A DNA stretch of 64,000 bases from an uncultured Actinomycetes bacterium (lineage in GTDB: Bacteria; Actinomycetota; Thermoleophilia; Gaiellales; Gaiellaceae). The stretch covers positions 24,262 through 88,261 of the forward strand of contig CAVVIB010000014.1 in assembly GCA_963748205.1 (NCBI GenBank). Reading direction: 5' to 3'. Below the pieces are notes generated by a model that was not told the origin of the DNA, ran no database searches, and saw only the letters and a list, made by a program, of their open reading frames with translations. The position numbers and the translations under genes were made by a program. Of the stretch, positions 36,696 to 44,004 are shown piece after piece; the first letter of the stretch is position 1; each line of letters starts with the position of its first letter.

Positions 36696-37318
36696 CGTCG
36701 CCTCCTTCGAATCTGATGCGCGATCCAGCGCGGCGCCCCGGGGCGGGCGCTTCGGATCGCCGTCGCCGTGGCCAACGCGACCTTCTCACCGTGGATTCCC
36801 TCGCCGTGGCCGACCAGAACGTGCCTGGGCGTGAGATCCCGGGCGATCTCGCGGAGCGCCTTCGGCTGGTAGAGGCGCAGGAACGGATGCACGCCGATGC
36901 GCTCTCCGGGCGCCAGGAAGTACGCGGTCGTCCCCAGGGACTCGGCGCACACGAGCACCCGCTCGTCGCGCCACCAGAGCGCGGTCTCGCGCCAGCCGGG
37001 CACGTCGAGCAGGCGGATGACCTCGAACGGCGAACCCGGCGGCGGCTCGGCCGGCACTCGGTGATGCGGCACGCCGTAGCGCTTCGCGAAGAGCGCACAG
37101 TCGCGGTCGTGGCGGTCGACGAGCTGGAGGACGCCCGCGGGCTCGCCGAGCGCCCGCACGCGGGCGTCGACCTCGAGCCCGTCCACGGGGTCGACGAGCC
37201 ACACGCGCCCGCCCGCGCGCAGGGCGTGCGAGGCGCGCTCGAGCAGCGCCGGCTCCTCGGCGATCCAGCCGAATCCGAACGCGGTCTCGTCGCAAATCCT
37301 GGTCTTCACTTGCGTCAT
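36692..37318 (-). CDS. hypothetical protein (possibly a degenerate metallo-beta-lactamase-like fold)
   Basis: 208 aa from ATG 37318, with an ATGA overlap with the downstream redoxin gene. LQLVDRHDRD and VLVGHGEG are loosely MBL-like. Weak call. Confidence 0.4.
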   Translation of the reverse strand: MTQVKTRICDETAFGFGWIAEEPALLERASHALRAGGRVWLVDPVDGLEVDARVRALGEPAGVLQLVDRHDRDCALFAKRYGVPHHRVPAEPPPGSPFEVIRLLDVPGWRETALWWRDERVLVCAESLGTTAYFLAPGERIGVHPFLRLYQPKALREIARDLTPRHVLVGHGEGIHGEKVALATATAIRSARPGAPRWIAHQIRRRRR

Positions 37319-37380
37319 CCCGGGTGCTAGCTTCCTCTGTCTCCGCGCGGCCAAGCAGTAAAACGAGCAGGGGAGGGCAA

Positions 37381-38789
37381 ATGAGATCACTTCGGGTAGC
37401 GGCCGTCGCGCTGTTTGCGACGGCGTTGGTGTTCTCCGCAACGGCGTCGGCGACGGCCGACGAGATGCTGCGGCCACACCATCTCAAGAAGAAGGCGGCG
37501 CACTGGAACGCCAACGCGAACCGGGTCAGGCCGGGCCTGCGACCGCGCGCGGAAAGCAGCTGCGCGTCAAGGTCCTGGGCCACCACGACCCGGGCGGGCC
37601 CAGCGGCGACGTCTTCGTGCACAAGGGCTTCGCATACCTGGCCAGCTGGGGCCTGTTCTCCGACAGCGGCGAGTTCTGCCGTGCGCTCGGCGTGCGCGCC
37701 TACGACCTCTCCGACCCGACCGACCCCGAGCTCGTGTCCACCTTCGCGGACGGCGCGTCCGATGCGCGGCTCGCGAAGTCCTGGACGGAGAAGGTCCAGG
37801 TGCGCAAGGTCAACTCCCGCAAGTTCAGGGGCGACCTGGCGGTCGTGAGCTTCCAGGACTGCGCTCCCGGCGGGTTCACGGGCATCGGTCTCTACGACGT
37901 GACCGACCCGAGCGACCCCGAGCTGCTCTCCCTGCGCCAGAGCGGGATCTTCGGCGTCCACGAGCTCTGGATGGAGGCCCGCGGCAAGAAGGCGTTCGTC
38001 TACGAGGCCGCCAACTTCCACGAGGTCGATGCGTTCTTCGCCGGCGAGGATCCCGACGAGGTGAACCCCGAGTTCCGCATCGTCGACGTGACGGACCCGC
38101 GCAACCCGGTGCAGGTCGGCGACTGGAGCGCCTGGCGCGACATGGGCGTCACGCCGGACTCGGGCCAGGGCACGTTCCCGTTCAACTTCGTGCACTCGGT
38201 CTACGTCGACTCGCGGATCGCCTACGTCTCCTACTGGGACTTCGGCACGGTCATGCTCGACGTCCGCGACCCGTCCAATCCGAAGTTCCTCGGCCGGACG
38301 ACCTTCAAGGCCGGCCAGGAGGGCAATGCCCATTCCGCGTGGACGAACTGGAAGGGCAACCTGATGGTCCAGGCGGACGAGGACTTCGACCCGACCGTCA
38401 ACCCGGATGCCGAGACGGGCTGGGGTTACGGCCACATCTACGACATCTCTGACAAGGCCAACCCGGTGGAGCTCGCGACGCTCAAGCTCCCGAGCACGGG
38501 ACAGTTCCCGCCGCCGGGCCCCGGCGACTTCACGATCCACGACCCGAAGATCGACGGGAAGCGGCTCTACACCTCGTGGTACACCGAGGGAGTCGTCATC
38601 TGGGACATCGCGAAGCCCTCGAGCCCCAAGATCATCGGGCAGTTCATCCCGCCGGAGAAGGGCGAGGATCCGCTCGGCGTCTTCTACCCGGGTGAGGAGT
38701 TCGTGGAGATCTGGGGTGTGGCACTCGGCTCCGGCTATGTCGTCGCATCCGACATGAACACGGGCCTCTGGGTCTTCCGGGCCCGCTAG
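37381..38789 (+). pseudogene. secreted LVIVD-repeat beta-propeller protein; signal peptide and mature part are in different frames
   Basis: MRSLRVAAVALFATALVFSATASA starts at ATG 37381 in frame 1. The conserved body (KQLRVKVLGHHDPGGPSGDVFVHKGFAYLASWG...VVIWDIAKP...GYVVASDMNTGLWVFRAR*) is in frame 0, open upstream of the track ORF 37617..38789 with no start codon. The shift is somewhere in 37450..37560. Confidence 0.7.
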
Positions 38790-38813
38790 CAGCCAAAACC
38801 AACACGAAAACGG

Positions 38814-38841
38814 CCGAGGGCCGGGGAAACCCGGCCCTCGG
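38814..38841 (+). terminator. rho-independent-type hairpin after the LVIVD gene
   Basis: Perfect 11 bp stem CCGAGGGCCGG / CCGGCCCTCGG with a GGAAAC loop. Confidence 0.55.
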
Positions 38842-38854
38842 TGTCTGGCCGTCC

Positions 38855-38883
38855 TTGCGTAGCGCACGCGTCGAAACTATGAT
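38855..38883 (+). promoter_or_regulatory. sigma70-like promoter giving a leaderless multicopper-oxidase mRNA
   Basis: TTGCGT (38855..38860), 17 nt spacer, TATGAT (38878..38883). GTG start at 38890, only 6 nt after the -10 box. Confidence 0.45.
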
Positions 38884-38889
38884 TTAGAC

Positions 38890-39891
38890 GTGTCTAAGGA
38901 TCGAGGGGTCACCCGTCGTCAGCTGATCGTGGGCGCCGCGCCTGTCGTGGCGGCGGCCCCCTTCGCCGGTATGGCCTTCGCGGGCGGGAGGACGCAGGAG
39001 GCGACGCACCTCGGTCCCAGCCACGCGCCGAACGCCGGGCACGCGGCCATGATCGGCGAGGAGGTGCCCGCCCCCGGGCAGGCCAACGACCTCGACGCGC
39101 TGACCTATCCGCCGGAGGCGCTGCCGCACCAGCCCGGGCGCGTACGCGAGTACACGCTGATCGCGCAGGACCGGGAGATCGAGGTCGCCAAGGGCGTCGT
39201 CTACCCCGCATGGACCTACAACGGCACCGTCCCCGGCCCCGTCATCCGCGCGACGGAAGACGACATCCTGCGGGTCGAGTTCGCCAACGGAGGCGCGCAC
39301 CCGCACACGATCCACTTCCACGGCATCCACCCGTCGAACATGGACGGCGTCTTCGAGGTCGTGAACCCCGGGGACCGGTTCACGTACGAGTTTCCCGCGC
39401 GCCCGTACGGGATGCACCTGTACCACTGCCATGCGACGCCGCTGAAGAAGCACATCCACAAGGGCCTCTACGGCGCGTTCATCATCGACCCGCCGGAGCC
39501 GCGGCCGCCCGCGCAGGAGCTGGTCATGGTCATGAACGCCTTCGACACGGACGGCGACGGCGAGAACAACTTCTACGCGGTCAACGGCCCCGCGTTCTTC
39601 TACGCGCGCTACCCGATCAAGGTCAAGCGCTCGCAGACCGTGCGCATCTACCTCGCCAACCTGACCGAGTTCGACCTGATCAACTCGTTCCACCTGCACG
39701 GCGACTTCTTCCGCTACTACCCGACCGGCTCGACCGACGCCTTCGAGTACACGGACACCGTGATGCTCTGCCAGGGCCAGCGCGGGATCATCGAGATCGA
39801 CTTCGCCAACACCGGGCGGTTCATGTTCCACGCGCACCAGTCCGAGTTCGCCGAGCTCGGCTGGATGGGCTTCTTCGAGGTCGAGGACTAG
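38890..39891 (+). CDS. Tat-exported two-domain multicopper oxidase
   Basis: Twin-arginine signal VTRRQLIVGAA. Copper-ligand motifs HTIHFHG, YHCHATPLKKHIHKGLYG, FHLHG, FHAHQSEFAELGWMG. Confidence 0.85.
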   Translation: MSKDRGVTRRQLIVGAAPVVAAAPFAGMAFAGGRTQEATHLGPSHAPNAGHAAMIGEEVPAPGQANDLDALTYPPEALPHQPGRVREYTLIAQDREIEVAKGVVYPAWTYNGTVPGPVIRATEDDILRVEFANGGAHPHTIHFHGIHPSNMDGVFEVVNPGDRFTYEFPARPYGMHLYHCHATPLKKHIHKGLYGAFIIDPPEPRPPAQELVMVMNAFDTDGDGENNFYAVNGPAFFYARYPIKVKRSQTVRIYLANLTEFDLINSFHLHGDFFRYYPTGSTDAFEYTDTVMLCQGQRGIIEIDFANTGRFMFHAHQSEFAELGWMGFFEVED

Positions 39892-39947
39892 GTCCACCGG
39901 TGGAGGCCCGCTCGGTCGCCGAGAACACGCAGCGCCCCGGAGACTCG

Positions 39948-41114
39948 ATGCGCTGGCGGCTCTGGGCGCTCGTGCCGATCCTCCTGCTCGTCGCCGTCGT
40001 CGCGCTCTTCTCGGCGCGCGGCGGCTCGGTGCTCGAACTGGTCGGCCAGAGCCCGCCGCCCGCGGACGAGTTCGACATCAGGCGCGTCGAGCTCTCGCCC
40101 GGCGAGGTGCGGATCCGGGTCACGAACCCGCAGCGCGAGGACCTGACCATCGCCACGGTGACCGTCGACGACGCGATCGTCCCCTTCACGGTCGAGGGCG
40201 ACGAGACGCTCGGACGCCTGCGCTCGTCCACGATCGTCGTGCCCTACGACTGGGTCGAGGACGAGCCGCTCGCCGTCGGCGTGACCAGCTCGACCGGGAT
40301 CCAGACGACCTCCGAGGTCGCCGCGGCGGTGGAGACGCCCGGCCCGAGCGTGGACGGGTTCTTCGGCTACGCGCTCATCGGCGCGCTCGTGGGCATCGTG
40401 CCCATCGCGCTGGGCCTCCTCTGGCTGCCGTCACTGCGCCGCGCGCGCCCCGAATGGCTCGCCGCGTTCATGGCGCTGACCGGCGGCCTGCTCACGTTCC
40501 TCGCCGTCGAGGCGCTCTCGGAGGCGCTCGAGCTCCAGGCGTTGCTGCCCGGCGCGCTCGGCGGGCCCGGCCTGGTCGTCCTCGGCGTGGCCATCAGCTA
40601 CCTGGCGCTGACGTTCCTCTCGCAGCGGCTCGCCTCCGGCGGCGCGTCCCAGGGCGGCACGCTCGGCGGACTCGCCCTGGCGATGCTGGTCGCGATCGGG
40701 ATCGGCGTCCACAACCTCGGGGAAGGGCTCGCGATCGGGACGTCGTTCGCAGTCGGCGAGCTGACGCTGGGGACGTTCCTGATCGTCGGCTTCATGATCC
40801 ACAACGTCACCGAAGGGCTCGGGATCGCCGCGCCCGCTGCAGAGGGGCGCGCGCCCGGATTCGGCCGGCTCGCCCTCCTCGCCCTGATCGCCGGCGCGCC
40901 CACGATCCTCGGCGCCTGGATCGGCGGCTACATCACCAACGACGTCCTCGCCGTGCTCTTCTTCGCGCTCGCCGCAGGGGCCGCGCTCCAGGTCGTCGTC
41001 GAAGTCGTGCGCTACGTCGCACGGCGCGCCCCGGGCGGCCTCACGTCGGGCTACGCGGTCGGGGGCTTCCTTTCCGGGCTGGCGATCATGTACGTCACCG
41101 GCCTGCTCGTGTAG
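39948..41114 (+). CDS. ZIP-family divalent metal transporter with a roughly 130 aa N-terminal extracytoplasmic domain
   Basis: ATG 39948. A TM anchor, then a beta-rich domain (RVELSPGEVRIRVTNPQREDLTIATVTVDD...), then a ZIP core with GVHNLGEGLAIG and MIHNVTEGLGIA. Confidence 0.8.
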   Translation: MRWRLWALVPILLLVAVVALFSARGGSVLELVGQSPPPADEFDIRRVELSPGEVRIRVTNPQREDLTIATVTVDDAIVPFTVEGDETLGRLRSSTIVVPYDWVEDEPLAVGVTSSTGIQTTSEVAAAVETPGPSVDGFFGYALIGALVGIVPIALGLLWLPSLRRARPEWLAAFMALTGGLLTFLAVEALSEALELQALLPGALGGPGLVVLGVAISYLALTFLSQRLASGGASQGGTLGGLALAMLVAIGIGVHNLGEGLAIGTSFAVGELTLGTFLIVGFMIHNVTEGLGIAAPAAEGRAPGFGRLALLALIAGAPTILGAWIGGYITNDVLAVLFFALAAGAALQVVVEVVRYVARRAPGGLTSGYAVGGFLSGLAIMYVTGLLV

Positions 41115-41134
41115 GAAGGCGGTATGAGGGGTTG

Positions 41135-41159
41135 GGTATCACCCGGGAGGGTGATAACC
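41135..41159 (+). terminator. hairpin after the ZIP gene
   Basis: GGTATCACCC-GGGA-GGGTGATAACC (10 bp stem with one bulged A), about 20 nt after the stop. No T-tract. Confidence 0.4.
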
Positions 41160-41226
41160 GGCCCTCGGGAACGGACGATACTCAGACGTAGGACGGGGCA
41201 ATTACGTCCCATCTGCGGCTCATGAC

Positions 41227-42858
41227 TTGCATTCGTTTCAACCCCCTGGCGACGAGCCTGGCACACAGCGGCCGGCGAGCGGAGAGCCTGTGAGCACTCC
41301 ACTTCGCGAACGCCCTGATGCGCCCCTCGGGACCCTCATCTTCCGCGCCGGCCTCCTGCCCGCGGAGACGATCGAGAACGCCCTCGAGGAAGGCGTCAAG
41401 ACCGGCAAGCGCCTCGGCGAGATCCTCACCGAGCGCGGCCTCATCACCGAGGTCGACCTCGCGCGCCTGCTGGCCGGCCAGAAGGGCCTCGACTTCGTGA
41501 TCCTGCGCGAGCAGATCGTCGACTCGGCCGCGGCCGCCCTCTTCACCGAGGAGCAGGCGAAGCTCTTCCGCGCCCTCCCCTACGGCCTCGAGGACGGCAT
41601 GCCCGTCGTGGCTATCGCCGACCCGACCGATGAAGTGCTCCTCCGGAACATCCGCGAGGGCCTCGGGCGGGAGGACATCAAGTTCGTCGTCTCGACGCGA
41701 GGCGAGCTGGTCGAGATCACCAACGACGTGTACTCGAAGCCTCTCCAGGTCGCGACGCCGGCGCCCGAGCCCGAGCCCCGCAATCGAGCCCGAGGCGGCA
41801 GTCGAGCCCGAGCCGGTTGTCGAGCCCGAGCCCCTTGTCGAGCCCGAGCCGATTGTCGAAGTCGCCCCCGACCCCGAGCCCGTCGCCGAGGTTGCACCCG
41901 AGCCGGTCGCCGAGGCCGCCCCCGAGCCCGCCGCCGAGCCCGAGATCGAGGCCGGCTGGCCCCAAGTTTCGCCCGACCCCACCCCCGAGCCCGAGCCCGC
42001 TCCGGTCGCGCACGAGCCCGACCCCATCCCCGAGCCCGAGATCGAGATCGCTCCCGTCGCGCACGAGCCCGAGCCTGCGCCCGAGCCCGCATTCGAGCCC
42101 GCGCCGGAGGCGCCCGCCGTCCCGCACACGAACGGGGTCGTGCCGCCCGAGGCGGCCCCGCTCCTCCAGGTTCCCGCGCCCGAGCCCGTCGCTCCGGCAA
42201 TGCCCGAGCCCGTGCCGGCCGAGCCGGTCGAGCCCGTGCTCCAGGTCCCGGCACCCGAGCCGCTTCTCCAGGCCGAGCCGCCCGCGCCCGAGCCGATCGC
42301 TCCGGTCGAGCCGACGCCGCCCCACAGCCTCTCCAGGTCTCCGAGCCGGTCGCCGAGCCCGCGCCCGAGCCTGAGCCTGAGCCCGCGCCGGTTCTCGAGC
42401 CGGCCGCCACGGTCGAGCCCCTCCAGGCCCCCGAGGTCGTTCCCGCGCCGGAGCCGGTCCAGGCTCCCGAGCCGGTTGCATCGCCCGAGCCCCTCCCGCA
42501 GCCCGAGCCCGCTCCGCTGCCCGCGCCCTACCCGCCCGCGGCAGCCCAGCCGGAGCCCGAGCCGCAGCCCGACCCCGCTCCTGTCGCGCCCGAGCCCGCC
42601 GTGCCCGAAGCCCCTGTGGCCGAGGCCGGCGCCACCACGCTCTTCCGGGTGCTGATCAGGCTCACGAACGGTGACCGCGTCGACGCCGGCGACTTCTCCG
42701 AACTGGAGGGCGCCAAGCAGCACGCGAAGTCGCTCATGAGCCAGGTCGCGGACGCCGAAAGCGGCGACTGGCCGTACGTCAGCGGCCGCTTCCTCAAGCC
42801 CGACACCATCGTCTCGGTCGACATCGCCGAGCACGACGGCGACGGCCCTCCCGCCTAG
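41227..42858 (+). pseudogene. stand-alone MshEN (T2SSE_N, c-di-GMP-binding type) domain protein with a long Pro/Glu/Ala linker; two compensating frame changes in the linker
   Basis: N-terminal PLGTLIFRAGLLPAETIENALEEG-VKTGK-RLGEILTERGLITEVDLARLLAGQ. The PEP-rich text reads properly only in ORF 41630..42655 between about 41778 and about 42321. A conserved-looking C-terminal domain ([35 protein letters not shown]...) is back in the first frame. An alternative start is GTG 41290. Confidence 0.7.
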
Positions 42859-43523
42859 CTTCCGGTCTCCTCCGGCAGGAGCGGCGAGCGGATCTCTGCC
42901 GCGATACCGCGCCGTTTCGCGAGCGCCTGGAGCACGATGACCGTGTCGGCCACCGGAATGCCCTCGAGGTACTCGTCCCGGCTCTCGAAAGACGCGAGCA
43001 CGCGCGCCACGGCCTCCTGGTACGCGGCACCGTCACCGGCTGCGAGCGCGGCCAACGACTCAGCAACGGGGCGCGGGAAGGCGTCCTCCGCCGCATCCAC
43101 GAGCGGCGCCGCGGCGGCCGCGGCCTCCTCGTCGCGGCCGAGGACGAGGAACGAAAGCACCGCGGCGTAGCACCCGATCGGCGACTGCCCGTCGGCCGAG
43201 CCCTGCTCGAGGGCCCACGCGGCGTCGGCCTCGGCCCCTTCGCGGTCGCCCGCGAGCATCCGCGCCTTGACGGCGCCGATCAGACGCCCCCAGCTTCCCG
43301 GAGGGGCATCGGCGTAGCTCTCGCGGAAGCGCTCGGCCGACCGCGCGAACCAGCCCGCCGCCTCGGCGCGCCGTCTCTGCATCAACCGTACGAGCCCTGC
43401 CCCGGTCGCCGCCATCGCCATGCGCACGAGCTGCTTCTGGCGGGCGTCGGCCTCGTCCGGAAGACGATCGAGGCCGTCGGCGTAGCGGCCCTCCTCGCGC
43501 TCGGCGTGCGCCTCCCAGTCCAT
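42855..43523 (-). CDS. helical-repeat hypothetical protein
   Basis: 222 aa, Ala/Glu/Arg-rich and predicted all-alpha. No family recognised. It is preceded about 75-90 nt upstream by a copy of the recurrent TGACT..TGTCGT element. Confidence 0.5.
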   Translation of the reverse strand: MDWEAHAEREEGRYADGLDRLPDEADARQKQLVRMAMAATGAGLVRLMQRRRAEAAGWFARSAERFRESYADAPPGSWGRLIGAVKARMLAGDREGAEADAAWALEQGSADGQSPIGCYAAVLSFLVLGRDEEAAAAAAPLVDAAEDAFPRPVAESLAALAAGDGAAYQEAVARVLASFESRDEYLEGIPVADTVIVLQALAKRRGIAAEIRSPLLPEETGS

Positions 43524-43593
43524 GCGCCGAGACTAGCTCCCCCTTCCGACGGGGCCGGAAATCACCCGTTCCGGGGAGGCTCGCTGACCGATA

Positions 43594-43611
43594 ACAAACG
43601 ACAATAGTCAG
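43594..43611 (-). promoter_or_regulatory. copy of the recurrent AT-rich element (CTGACTATTGTCGTTTGT)
   Basis: 12/14 identical to the copy at 44010..44023. Lies upstream of 42855..43523(-). Confidence 0.35.
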
Positions 43612-43796
43612 TGCCGTTGATGCTCCGGGGGTCCGCAACCGCAGGCGGGCCCCCGACTCTTCTCCGGCGGCCCGACACCTGCGATGCGAGCTATCGATCC
43701 TCCCCACCTCGAGCTTCCTGCCTACGCGCCGGCAGACGACTCTCCCCGGCTCTGCCGGCCGCCCGCAAGAGCCTTCGAGGCCGCATCGCTAAAGGA

Positions 43797-43834
43797 AACG
43801 GGGTGGCGAGGTGAAAATTGCCCGCCACCCCGTT
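43797..43834 (-). terminator. rho-independent terminator after the 25-codon ORF
   Basis: Perfect 12 bp stem AACGGGGTGGCG / CGCCACCCCGTT with a 14 nt loop. On the minus strand it is followed by TCCTTTAG. It begins 15 nt after the ORF stop. Confidence 0.6.
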
Positions 43835-43848
43835 ACGATCTTCCTACG

Positions 43849-43926
43849 CTAGTGCCACGGAGTTCCGCCCACCAAGGCGGCGAACGACCCGAGCGCAGCG
43901 CAAAGCAACGCCACCCGAATCTTCAT
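43849..43926 (-). CDS. 25-codon hydrophobic micro-ORF (candidate exported signalling pro-peptide), divergent from the XRE-TPR regulator
   Basis: Not in the track. AAGGA lies 7 nt before ATG 43926. MKIRVALLCAALGSFAALVGGTPWH*. GC3 is 20/25 versus 15/26 for the antisense frame. It has a dedicated terminator. Coordinates were checked against track ORF 43684..43986. Confidence 0.45.
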   Translation of the reverse strand: MKIRVALLCAALGSFAALVGGTPWH

Positions 43927-44004
43927 GGAGCCATCCTTTCGTCGTACCGACAACTGGACAGCCCCGGGCCCGAGGGCAATGCGTGACAGTACATTAGGCG
44001 TCAG

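Noticed and set aside
41760-42600. The highly repetitive GAGCCC/GAGCCG-rich DNA here, and the 15-nt repeats at 31124..31243, considered as a possible CRISPR array or non-coding tandem repeat.
   Set aside because: The repeats are short (6-15 nt), have no spacers, are in frame, and encode PEP/PAEE low-complexity linkers inside genes.
43611-43832. A plus-strand small RNA or ORF (track ORF 43611..43814) between the helical-protein gene and the first micro-ORF, suggested by AATAGTCAG resembling the TATAGTCAG -10 region of the second locus.
   Set aside because: No acceptable -35 box exists. The similarity is better explained as the reverse complement of the recurrent TGACT..TGTCGT element acting on the minus strand. 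The ORF is Arg/Pro-rich.
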